A stretch of 64,000 nucleotides of DNA from Rhodosorus marinus CCMP1338 (lineage: Eukaryota; Plantae; Rhodophyta), in assembly GCA_029953675.1 (NCBI GenBank), contig JAMWBK010000011.1:1240001-1304000 (forward strand). The letters run 5' to 3'. A program made the position numbers and the translations under genes. Each line of letters starts with the position of its first letter. Positions within the stretch are counted from its first letter, which is position 1. The notes under the pieces are model-generated. The model made no database searches and was not told the DNA's origin. It saw only the letters and a list, made by a program, of their open reading frames with translations. Below are positions 12,604 through 23,668 of the stretch, piece after piece.

Positions 12604-13500
12604 ATGGGTTTCGATCTGAATAAGATACCAGATCAGAGCGGCAAGGTCGCGATAGTTACCGGTTCGAACGTCGGCGTTGGGTTCGCTACCGCCAAGTACC
12701 TTATGCTCAACAACGCACACGTTATCATTGCTTCACGGACCGAGAAGAAAGGACTTGATGCGGTCGCGGAGCTGAAGAAGATGAAGGCTGACGCCAAGGT
12801 GGAGTTTATGCAGCTGGATTTAGCGAGTTTGGACAGCGTAAGGGCGTTTGCAAACGCCTTTATCGAGAAAGGACTGCCCCTTCACATTCTTGTCAACAAC
12901 GCAGGCATCATGGATGTCGAACACTGCAAGACGGTTGATGGCTACGAAGTAACGATCGGAACAAACCATTTGGGGACTTTCCTTGTTACCTTGGTGCTGT
13001 TAGACACGCTGAAGAAGTCGGCTCCTGCAAGGGTGGTGACTGTGACATCGCTACTTGCTAACGGGGCAAAAGCTGATCTTGATGATGTGGGTGGGAAGAA
13101 CTACGAGACGAGTGGCATCGGTGTGTACGGGATTAGCAAGCTGTACAACATTATGTTCGCTCAAGAGCTTGATTGGCGCAACAAAGCAGAAGGAGTTAGG
13201 TCGTTTGTGGTACAGCCAGGTATTGTGAAATCGGATTTGATAAACAAGGCAAAACCAGGTGCGTTCTCGGTCTTTGGGAAGTGTTTGCAGATAGTAATGC
13301 AGACTGCCGACAAAGGCGCGATTTCCAGCCTGTACGCTGCAACATCGGACGAGGTGCTAGCTACTGGCCCATCAAAAATGTTTGGACCGAATATCGCTAA
13401 CGTGGGAAACACTGGAACAAGAGATATCAAAGCCAAGGACGTTAACAACACAAACAACAAGGTGCTTTGGGAGAGGACCCAGGAACTTGTGGGTCTGTAG
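12604..13500 (+). CDS. Short-chain dehydrogenase/reductase (copy 3)
   Basis: 298 aa. TGSNVGVG, NNAG, YGISK. Confidence 0.92.
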   Translation: MGFDLNKIPDQSGKVAIVTGSNVGVGFATAKYLMLNNAHVIIASRTEKKGLDAVAELKKMKADAKVEFMQLDLASLDSVRAFANAFIEKGLPLHILVNNAGIMDVEHCKTVDGYEVTIGTNHLGTFLVTLVLLDTLKKSAPARVVTVTSLLANGAKADLDDVGGKNYETSGIGVYGISKLYNIMFAQELDWRNKAEGVRSFVVQPGIVKSDLINKAKPGAFSVFGKCLQIVMQTADKGAISSLYAATSDEVLATGPSKMFGPNIANVGNTGTRDIKAKDVNNTNNKVLWERTQELVGL

Positions 13501-15148
13501 CTGCGGTAGGCTGCCCCATGAATATGGCCACGATCAAGAGTTAGTGTTAATATAGCGTGCACAATAAATAAATCATCAACTAGAAAGCGTGTTCCCAAGT
13601 AGCTACCTGCCCAAAACGCTTAACGTTGGCTTTGTCCTGCCTACAGATTAGTGTGGGTTTCTAGTTGCAAAGGTCCTCAACCCAATCTAAGCAAGTTCTT
13701 GCTAGCATGAAGAACTCCGTATGTGTATTAGTACATGGAGGGCCTTCAACCCTTACCCACGTCGCAGATCTAGAGTTTCCAGTTTTATTTTCTTGCTTTG
13801 CGCCGAAAATGTCCAAAATGGGTTGATCAATGCTGTAGCGTCCAGGCGCAATGATTATAGTATTTCAGTAGTTTTTAAAACTATACGAATTTTAGTAGTT
13901 TCTTGGAATGGACAGGTGTCGACGTATTTCAAACAATCGGAGGTCCGGAGGAACACGCTCGACTTTCTTGGGTGGCTGTTGTAAAACGCAGTGATTTGAT
14001 CTGACCTCTACTTCAGAAATAAGTTATATCAAGTACAACCGAAGTGTCTAAGTGCTTAATGGAATCCTTCAGGCAATATCTGATGAAACTTCCCATTCCA
14101 AAACCGCCGGAGAAAGAGGGTTCGACAGGAACAATTCCACTTTCGTGAAATTCCCCTCCACGCAAACCGCTCAATACGATTCAATGGTGAAGCTCACACC
14201 AATACGCAATCGATACAATCCACTTAAGAACTAACTCACCCGTCTCAAGAATTTCAACTTCTGCCTTTACTGCAAACCTCTCCTCCTCTTTTCCCTCTAT
14301 GCCATGCTATCACCCTCGGACTTGCGATATTATACTGAGTCCACTTCTCGCTAATCGACGGTTGCTAACACTCATCATGCACGTAGAAAAATTATTAAAT
14401 TGATATGACAGCTGTCAGATTCAGAAATTATCACTATTCAATGCCAGTGTCCGAACTCCAACAGGGGCAATTGGTCGTGTATTCGAGTTGAAGAAACTCA
14501 TCTCCATGTTGGGTCGAATCCATTTGCCCGTCCCACATGTTTGTTTTTGTAAGCTTTTAGATGGAAAGATCCGGACCGAGGGAGGGAACATTATATGAAT
14601 CATGTTTATTGTGTACTTTTCATAGTAACATTTGTATTCTCGGTGAGCGTGCACTTACTCAATAAGATTTTCGCTGTTTGCGCGTCACCAGTTCAATGTT
14701 TTCTCGTTTTATGTTTGTTTCTTGTTAGAAGATTGGGGGTCGGAAGAGGAATCTTGGTTGCTAAATTTTGCGAAGTATTGGAGAGTTAGTTTCATTTTGG
14801 CGGAAGCGATTTAATTTCGTTTGTTTTGTGAGGGGTTTCCCTGTCGGTTTCCTTACCCGATTTTTTAGAAACGGGTGGCGTCGGGGTTGCTCGGTGGATG
14901 AACTGACATGTTGGTAGTTGATGACGACGATCCATGGATTGCGATGGAAAACACAGGAAGCTGGTCCGTTCATTGGAGCATCATCATGAAATCGTGGCTG
15001 TCTACGAGCAGAGTTGGAAAGGCATAAATACCCAAGGCGTTGACCATGTTTTCGGACTGGCTGTGACAGACCTATCAGACAGGAGCGAGACATAGCAGGG
15101 ACCAAGTACTGTAGTTCTTTGAGCTAAGAGTTTTGATATTCGAGGAAG

Positions 15149-16030
15149 ATGGGTTTCGATTTGAACAAGATACCAGATCAGAGTGGCAAGGATGCGATTG
15201 AGACCGGTTCGAATATCGGCATTGGGTTTTCTCCCGACCAAGTACCTTATGCTTAACGACGCTCACGTTGTCGTTGCTTCACGACCGTCAAGAAAGGGCT
15301 TGATGCGGTAGCGGAGCTGAAGAAGATCAAGCCTGACGCCCAGGTGGAGTTTATGCAGCTTTAGCGAAATCGAATAGCACAAGTTTGCGAGCGCTTTCAT
15401 AGAGAAAGGACTGCCGCTTCACCTTCTAGTCGACAATGCGGGTGTCGCGGCAATCCCACACTCCAAACCGGTTGATGGCTACATGGTAGCACTCGGAACA
15501 AACCACTTGGGGACGTCCCTTCTTACGGTGTTGCTGTTAGACACTCTAAAGAAGTCCACTCCCGCGAGGGTAGTCACTGTTTCCTCGATGGTTGCGAACG
15601 GTGCAATGGTCGATCTTGGTGACGTGGGTGGGAAGAGCTACGAGACGAGCAACATGGATGACGGGACTAGCAAGCTGTACAACACCATGTTCGCCTAAGA
15701 GCTTGATAGGCACTTCCAAGCTGAGGGAGTCAGGTCGTTTGTGGTGCACCCCTTGTGTCGTGAAATCGGATATGCTTAAAAATACAGAAGCAAAGTGCGC
15801 TCACAAAGATAATCAAAGGCATGAGGCTCGTGATGCAGTCTCCTGACAACGGTGCGGTCCCCACCATGTACGCAGCAACATCCGACGAGGTGCTCTCTGA
15901 TGGAGCGTCAAAAACGTTTAGACCGAACATCGTGAACGTGGGAAACACTCGAGCAGGAATCGTCGGAAGCAAGGATGCCAATAACACCAAACACAAGATC
16001 CTTTGGGAGAGAACCCAGGAACTTGTCTGA
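15149..16030 (+). pseudogene. SDR pseudogene (copy 4)
   Basis: Colinear with copies 1-3 from MGFDLNKIPDQ to WERTQELV. It has a frameshift near 15235, further indels, a premature TAA at 15696-15698, the catalytic Tyr lost (MDDGTSK vs MGVYGISK), and the TATA-position motif reads CATAAATA. Confidence 0.9.
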
Positions 16031-16090
16031 TTGTAGGCTGCTCTACAAATTCCCTTCGCGCTCCCAAAATAAGGTGGATTTGTGCTAGTA

Positions 16091-16258
16091 TGTTAGGAAG
16101 TGGTCAGGTCGAGCTGGACATCGACCACGGTCCGACGACTAGTATATGTGGGTTATTGATAGAATTAGTGTTGCGCTGCATTAGGCAGTTGCCGAGTAAA
16201 GTTTACAGTTACGAAACCAAGACTTGTTACGCCTGTTGGCAGAGTTGACATCCTAGCA
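16091..16258 (-). mobile_element. Putative short LTR (~168 bp)
   Basis: Bounded by TG...CA with imperfect terminal inverted repeats (TGTTAGGA / TCCTAGCA). It lies 3' of the minus-strand gag. No matching full partner LTR or TSD was found. Confidence 0.4.
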
Positions 16259-16526
16259 CACGTCCTTGAAACATGTCGATGGAATCTATGAAACGTGTAC
16301 CCCTGGATGGAAACAGACGTGCGGGGCGAGACATATCGTGTAGAGACTCTGAGATGATTTAGAAGAGGTGGAGGAAACCTTGCGAGGCCCATGTAAGGCA
16401 AGTTTGTTAGCATACTCTTGAGGGATACTCCAAGGTGCGTAAGAAAGTGTCAGATACGCAAAAGGTATTGTATGCTCATACACTTTCTGTTCCAAGAGGT
16501 TGGGAGCCCATGTGGCATATTGAATT

Positions 16527-17098
16527 CTAAAGCGTTGGGTTTGATGTTTGCGTTGGCCTTCGGACACCTTCCAGGCGGGCTCTCATGGTTTCCCAGTCGA
16601 GTTGGTCCTTGGAAATGTTCTTCAGGCCTTCCATGGTTGCATCGAAGACGCTTTCATCCTTCAGGATCAGGTATATGTGACCCAAATGCTGTATGGCTTT
16701 GTACTCTGTTGTATCGAGTTTAAATGCTTTAGAGTAGTATTTTTCGAGCCATGTGAGTAGCCCTAGCGTCGTCTCATCCGGTTTCAGTCTCCTTGAGAGA
16801 AAATTCCACTTGCCTCTCGATTTGTGCCGCTATCGTTTTCGTGACATATTTCTTTTCCAGTTTGTTCATAAGTTCTGTTGCATCGGTTGTCTCTTCCGCT
16901 ATCCGCATCGCTTCGGCTCCTAGGTTGAGTTTTATAAGCGACGCAGCTTGGGATCATTTGTCGACGCTATCCTCTCCCAAAAACGGCGTCGTGTAGTCCA
17001 GCCAGCTTGAGTCGTTCGATAATGCTGGATTTCCAGTAGTTGTAGTCGTCAGGGCCCTCCAACTTTGGGCATCTAAGGAAGCATCCCACGGCGTCCAT
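16527..17098 (-). mobile_element. Ty1/Copia gag remnant (frameshifted)
   Basis: Minus-strand MDAVGCFLRCPKLEGPDDYNYWKSSIIERLKLAGLHDAVFG...LGAEAMRIAEETTDATELMNKLEKKY fits the Copia gag N-terminal KL.G..NY..W pattern. Frameshifts and stops are present. Confidence 0.7.
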
Positions 17099-17116
17099 CC
17101 TGCTGCACTAAATCAA

Positions 17117-17173
17117 ACCACCTTTCTTCTTCGTAAGACCACCTTTCTTCTTCGTAAGACCACCTTTCTTCTT
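17117..17173. repeat. 21-bp tandem repeat (2.7 copies) in the Copia 5' leader
   Basis: accacctttcttcttcgtaag twice, plus a partial third copy. Confidence 0.9.
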
Positions 17174-17214
17174 GTCCTTCTCTTCTTTTTTCTTTTTTTT
17201 TCAAACTTAAAGCT

Positions 17215-17225
17215 GGCTCAGAACC
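17215..17225 (-). promoter_or_regulatory. Putative primer-binding site of the Copia element
   Basis: Minus-strand GGTTCTGAGCC, ~115 nt upstream of the gag ATG. It resembles the half-tRNA-Met type PBS GGTTATG(G/A)GCC. Confidence 0.45.
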
Positions 17226-17249
17226 GGTTGACAAAGTAGGTGTTTATGT

Positions 17250-19332
17250 GCCTGTTGCTTTAAACCATAGAGACCCCTGTTTAGCTTGCAGACCTTGCCA
17301 TTGTCTTGTGTGCCTGGGGGTCTCTCCATGTATATCTCCTCATCGAGTTCACCATTGAGGTAGGCCGTCGATACGTCCATTTGCTGCACATCGTAGTTAC
17401 GTTGTGCTGCCAAAGATAGCAGCACTCTGATGCTCTAGAAACTGACCGTCGGTGAGTAGACTTCTGTAAAATCTTGCTGCTGGAAACCTCTTGCAAGCCG
17501 AGCTTTGAATTTCAGCGGCTCCCCGCTCTCGTTCCGTTTCAGTTTGAAAACGAGGTTGTTGCTTAACACTTGCTTATCCTTTGGACTGTCAACCAGTGAC
17601 CAGGTCTGGTACTTGCTCAGACTTTCGAGCTCGTCCGCGATTGCTTTCTCCCAATACTTCGCATGGGGTCCGGTGAGAGCTTCCTCGATAGTTTTTTTTT
17701 TTTTTTGAGGTTCCTTGAGTATCGTTAAGTTGCTCAACTTGGGTTTCGCTATCGCGCCTGACCTTATTTGTCAGGGTAAGTTTGTCACTTCTTTGACTTC
17801 TTTCGCTGTTAGCTCGTTATTTTCACGTTTTTAGGTGTTGTTGTCAGGTTTCACGTCTTCATTGTCAGGTCCGTGATGGGTTTTGTGAACTGGTGTTTCT
17901 AGTTCGTCTTCGAGGCTTCAATGGCTCCTGAATCCGACTGATGTAGTCTTTCGCTTTGACGTAGTCGATGGCTTCTTGAATGTCTGGCGTATGTGCGGTT
18001 TGGGGTTTCTTCAGAGGAAAGGTTTCCTCCTGCACAACGATGTCTTTCGTCCATCGTTTGCGACCATCTCCGAGTTGGATCAGGTGCTTGCCGCTTCGTT
18101 CACAGCGGAGTAAAGTCCCACGCATCGTTGGTACGTCGAGCTTGTCGCGTCGCATGGTACCATGTTCTTTTGGTGCGTGCGCGATCGCTAGGCAGCCGAA
18201 CGGGTACATATTTTTGAAGTCGTCTTGCTTGCCGGTGAGTATTTTCCGGTGGCATTCGTTGTTGCTTCGTCTTGGTGAATTCGCGATGATTGTCTGCTTT
18301 CTGCTTCTTGCCAATGTACGAAATCGGGTTTCCGTATAGGTATGCGACAGCGCCGCTTACGGATTTTCGGTCCTTTGGTGATGCCCATGAAGCGTCTACG
18401 TACAGTGTGATCTCCTCCTGTTCTTGACAAAGAGAGAAACTAGTGATGCGTTGATTGTGCCGCGTAAGTACCTTAATATTCGCTTACCGGCTGACCAGTC
18501 GTCATTATTGAAACGTTGCGCCTTTGTGGCTAGTAGTCTAACCGCGTACGTTATGCTGGTCTGGTTCTTGTGGAGATGTACAGTAGGGCCCCGACAAGTT
18601 CACGGTAAGGGTACTCTTCTTGCCTTCCGGACTTATCCGTTGGTATGTAATACTTCGTCATCGGCGTTGGCACCGGTTTGCTCTCGTGCATTCTGAATTA
18701 CTTGAGTATCTTCTCGATGCACTTCTTCTGCCCCAAGGAGATGGTTAATGCGCTTGGGTCTCTCTCGATTTCTATGCCGAGGTATTCTCTAGCTGCGCCG
18801 AGGTCTTTCAGATCGTACATGGTGTGTAGCTGCTTCTTAACTTTTGCCACCTGCTGTCTGCTTCCGATAATTAGGAAATCGTTGACGTATACGAGTAGGT
18901 AGACGCCTCCTTTACGAACACACACGGGTCTGCAGTTGCTGCCTTGAGCTATGACCTTGTAGGTCTTTCCTTAGCTTCTCGTACCATATTTTTCCTGATT
19001 GGTACAAGAGTACCCGCATGAGCATTAGGATGCTCCGATTGACTCGCTCCGAGATCCCGTTCGTTTCCGCGCTGTATGGGGGCGTCGTGTCCAGCCTGAT
19101 CCCTAGCTTCTTGAGTTTTTCTTGCATGCCAATGTATTCGCCTCCTCCGTCGGAGTGAACGGTAATTATTTTTTTGACACGACAAACGCTCGAAATCCGC
19201 CATATATTCATCGAATGCCCCCTCAGAGACGTCGTTTTTTCTTTGTATCGGGTACATTTTTGTAAATCTCGAGAGTACCCGCATGAGCAGTAGGATGCTC
19301 CGATTGACTCGCTCCGAGATCCCGCTCGTTTC
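17250..19332 (-). mobile_element. Ty1/Copia pol mosaic (integrase, RT and RNase H pieces in permuted order)
   Basis: RT motifs QQMDVSTAYLNGELDEEIYM, LYGLKQ, YLLVYVNDFLIIG and DLGAAREYLGIEI. Integrase motifs VHSDGGGEY and PPYSAETNGISERVNR. RNase H start YVDASWA. Many frameshifts. Confidence 0.9.
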
Positions 19333-20900
19333 CGCCCTGGAGAGACGATTCACACGGACGTCTGCGGAAAGCTGCCCAAATCGAAAGAGGCAGAATACTG
19401 GGTTGCCTTTACAGAGGAAGTATTGAGATTTACAAAAATATACCCGATACGAAGAAAAAACGACGTCTCTGAAGCATTCGATGAATATATGGCGTATTTC
19501 GAGCGTTTGTCGTGTCAAAAAAATAATTACCGTCCACTCCGACGGAGGAGGCGAATACATTGGCATGCAAGAAAAACTCAAGAAGCTAGGGATCAGGCTG
19601 GACACGACGCCCCCATACAGCGCGGAAACGAACGGGATCTCGGAGCGAGTCAATCGGAGCATTCTAATGCTCATGCGGGTATGCTTGTACAAGTCAGGCA
19701 TAGAGAAAAGCTCCTGGACGGAGACCTACAAATTATCCAGAGGATACTGAACGTCGTAACCCCAGGCTGACCAAGACGAAGCAACAACAAAAGCCACCGG
19801 AAAATACTCACCGGCAAGCAAGACGACTTCAAAAATATGTACCCGTTCGGCTGCCTAGCGATCGCGCACGCACCAAAAGAACATGGTACCATGCGACGCG
19901 ACAAGCTCGACGTACCAACGATGCGTGGGATTTTACTCCGCTGTGAACGAAGCGGCAAGCACCTGATCCAACTCGGAGATGGTCGCAAACGATGGACGAA
20001 AGACATCGTTGTGCAGGAGGAAACCTTTCCTCTGAAGAAACCCCAAACCGCACATACACCAGACATTCAAGAAGCCATCGACTACGTCAAAGCGAAAGAC
20101 TACATCAGTCGGATTCAGGAGCCATTGAAGCCTCGAAGACGAACTAGAAACACCAGTTCACAAAACCCACCACGGACCTGACAATGAAGACGTGAAACCT
20201 GACAACAACACCTAAAAACGTGAAAATAACGAGCTAACAGCGAAAGAAGTCAAAGAAGTCACAAACTTACCCTGACAAATAAGGTCAGGCGCGATAGCGA
20301 AACCCAAGTTGAGCAGCTTAACGATAATCAAGGAACCTCAAACCATCGAGGAAGCTCTCACCGGACCCCATGCGAAGTATTGGGAGGAAGCAATCGCGGA
20401 CGAGCTCGAAAGCCTGAACAAGAACCAGACCAGACATAACGTACGCGGTTAGACTACTAGCCACAAAGGCGCAACGTTTCAATAATGACGACTGGTCGGT
20501 CAGCCGGTAAGCGAATATTAAGGTACTTACGCGGCACAATCAACGCATCACTAGTTTCCTCTCCTTGTCAAGAACAGGAGGAGATCACACTGTACGTAGA
20601 CGCGTCATGGGCATCACCAACGGACCGAAAATCCGTAACCGGCGCTGTCGCATACCTATACGGAAACCCGATACAGTAGGTGAAGTAAAACTTACTGGCA
20701 GAGATCGATGTGCCGGCATTACCTACCAACATCTTCTCAGACAACACTGCTTGTCTCACCAGGAGCATAGACCCGGAAAAGCCTCTACCTCAGCATATTG
20801 ATCTTCAGTACCAATTTGCACGATAGCAACACGACCTAGGAAGCTACGAGTTCCTATTCGTCCCAACCCAGGAGCAAGTCGCGGATATACTCACCAAGAC
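19331..20900 (+). mobile_element. Ty1/Copia pol fragment: integrase core, RT start, internal deletion, RNase H
   Basis: PGETIHTDVCG...HSDGGGEY...NGISERVNR, then TIEEALTGPHAKYWEEAIADELESL fused at ~20425 to RPDITYAV, KRILRYLRGT, YVDASWA and ending QVADILTK. The integrase-before-RT order is diagnostic of Copia. Confidence 0.9.
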
Positions 20901-22030
20901 GTGACTCCTTTCACCACGAAGACTTTGTCACAGTTGCTGATACAAATGCCATCCTAGCACGTGGGCCTGGAACGTGCTGATGACCGACAATAAGGGCGTG
21001 CAGACTCTAAGGGAGTTTGATACGGAGAAGCTTGTGATCGTCCTTGATGTGATAATACATCCGGATCTCTTTCCGTTGAAGAAAAAGCGCTCCACCCTGC
21101 CGCTGGTTAATGACCTGGTCCCGCTACCCAATGAAGATGATTCCAATGATGAAGAAATTTTTAAGCTGGTGCATCCGAGTACGCCGAAACCGAAGCCAGA
21201 GGTTGCCTGAGCTCCGCTGTTTTCAGGCGTTCGCAGACCAGCTCCAGGTTACACTGTCCACGTCTCTAGTGATGAGCGCTTCCAACATCCACTCGTATCT
21301 GGAATGTGCACCTTTTGGAGTGTCCAAGGATATACAGTGTCTAGTACAAACAATATCATATAGAAAATTGTCCCCAAGTAGCTATCTCACTGATGGGATC
21401 TTAGGCTTCCCCTTGCGATAGCCAGGGGTAGGATCGGATCGACTACCGGTTTGGTTGCACAGTCGTCGGCGTTGACTATGTTTGAATGGTAGGCGATGCT
21501 ATGATTGAGTGGTAGCTACGACTACGTTTGAAGCAGAGCTGCGACTATGTTTGAGTCGCGCGGAAGGCTATAAAAGCTTGCTCTAGGCCGAACTTGGGAA
21601 GGTAGGAGAAGAGTAAAGCAACGATCTCTGGGTACAAGTGATATCAGACTTGTCTAGGTTTGTTCAGGGGTTCTTGCTTTTGGGAGTCTTTCGGGTATGG
21701 GAGGGCGAAACTTTGTAAGAGTCCTTTATCACCATGTGCGTATACACATGGGGACTCACCTATACGGTATAGCGCACCTACCGGCTGGAGCCTAGGTACA
21801 ATTCAGTTTGGGTTTTTACCTCGAAAGGTTCTCGGCCGAATCCAAGACATGCTTCGCCAGTGTAAAAGATAATGTCTCTTACGTGGAGCGCTGTAACCCC
21901 TAAGGTCAGCCTTGGTGTTGGATATAATTCTTGCTTTGTTGAAATCGTACTCTGGAATGGTGCGGCTTGCTGTCCGACCACTTCGTAGATTGTAACTTCT
22001 GCGAAGTTCATCAGTTATGAACAACGTTTC
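20900..22030 (-). mobile_element. Probable further LTR-element 3' fragment with a chromodomain-like ORF
   Basis: On the minus strand, 20959 starts TGCTAGGATG like the putative LTR at 16258, and 20960-21030 resembles 16260-16370. ORF 21803-22024 has a chromodomain-like pattern. GACTAYGTTTGA repeats and a TATAAAA lie at 21475-21575. Confidence 0.35.
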
Positions 22031-22518
22031 ACTTGGGACTCAATCTTGAAAGTTAGCAAGAGGCTGAGTTTGATTTTTCTCCGCAAGCTGTCATTGACCA
22101 CGTTAAGAGCTCGAACTCAGCCAGCCCACTAGCCCTTGCAACAACAATCCCTCAATGGCCAGAGTTGTCCGGACCGCTCAATCCACTCAAGGCCGCGGAA
22201 GACCCGCTCTTGTTCATGGCCATAGATTGCTGCCGGTTCCATCCATTGAAGACGATGGTGGAATCTCACAAGAGCTTCAAGACCGCTGCCTGCTGCTCAG
22301 ATGATGAAGTTCTTTACTCGAACCTTAAACAGCAAACGAAGCCGCCAACAGATCAGTCCACGATTCCCCTTCTCCAAGTCTTTCCAGTTTTCGCGCTGAA
22401 GAAATCTCACAGCAGACATCATGGCAAACCATAGGCACCACAAGAGCCCGTCGTATCTAGTTTTCAGTCGGAGTATGATAAGACGTCTCTCGACGGTGAA
22501 ATCTGCGGCCTTTGAATT

Positions 22519-23668
22519 GTGGGTGATAAAGTGAAGGATAGATTTAATCGGGAGAAGACGGTTCGATCTATTCCCAGGTCTGCCCAAGGTTCCACGTGTG
22601 AATTGGTTTCTTACGCGCATGAGTTGAATGGATTCGTGATGTCTGGAGCATCATTGGCCATAGAGTTGGAGATCGCAGACGCTGATACTTCTTCCGGACA
22701 GTCGGATGAAGCGAATGAGGACTATCAAGGAGCTGAGGTGTCTCTGCGAGACATGGTTTCTGCGAGAGGAATTTGGGGTCGACTAGAGGAGTCGATCATG
22801 TCATGTATGCATGGAGAAGTTGTCGATCGGTCTTCTTTGTGCGCGGTTCTGGATTTGAATGGGTTGCTGTTGTTTCGTGAGACAAGGAAAGACCGGGTCA
22901 TTGGAAAGCCACCGCCCTTCGACTTCCGCATGAAGACCGGAAGGGCTTGGCTTAGGCCCAATTCGTCGGTGTTTCTGCTCTACGCTTTCAGAAGGTTTCG
23001 TGTAGGGTTTTGGAGCTCTGCCATGTCGCAGAATGTGAAAATCATGTTGCAGCATCTGCTGCATCCATTTCAGAAACCAATTTTCGTCCTGAACAGAAGG
23101 GACACATTGCCTGACTCAGCACCCGGCGCTAAACCTCATGCCACTTTGAAAGACTTGACTCTGGTAAGCACTATGTGGCAAGAAGCTACCTATCGGACCA
23201 CTTCCAGATCAAGTTGTTCTGCTTTCTGACTGATTGCGTATCAAAGTCCAGCTCTGGGAAAGCGTTCCGTACATGTCGGACAAGAACACGGTGATCGTCG
23301 ACGACACACCATCGAAAACGCGCCTGCAAGAGCTCAATCGCGTTATCGTACCGGAGTATACTGGACGCGAAGTCGGCAGCGGCTCTGATGACGATGTGCT
23401 TATATGGGTAATTATGTACCTGGAATTCTGCGCTCTTGGCATTAGCGTAGACGGATCAATCCAATCACCGATTGGATACCTCGATTTTGCAGACTTTGTA
23501 AAGCTCGGGCGCTCGGAGGACAAAGCCGTTGCGCTGTTCAATCGAATTTCAGACTTTGACGCGAATGAGGAGGTCGCTCGAATTTCTTCCACCACAGAGA
23601 AGGAAAAAGTCGCCGATGACCTGCCGCCGCAGACTAGCGCTTCGTTGCAGGAGAGAGACACACACTAA
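22519..23668 (+). CDS. NIF/FCP1-like HAD phosphatase domain protein (paralog B), 5' end uncertain
   Basis: VLDLNGLL motif, LRP, FRVGFWSSA, TLKDL, NTVIVDDTP. GT-AG intron 23164-23251 joins the two ORFs in frame. Confidence 0.8.

Noticed and set aside
5097-15996. Antisense ORFs over the SDR genes
   Set aside because: They are shadow frames of the SDR coding sequences.
17117-17173. 21-bp repeats as a CRISPR array
   Set aside because: The repeats are contiguous with no spacers, in a eukaryotic retroelement leader, and there are no cas genes.
17690-17707. Poly-Lys stretch in the RT fragment
   Set aside because: It is a homopolymer expansion absent from the plus-strand copy at ~20340.
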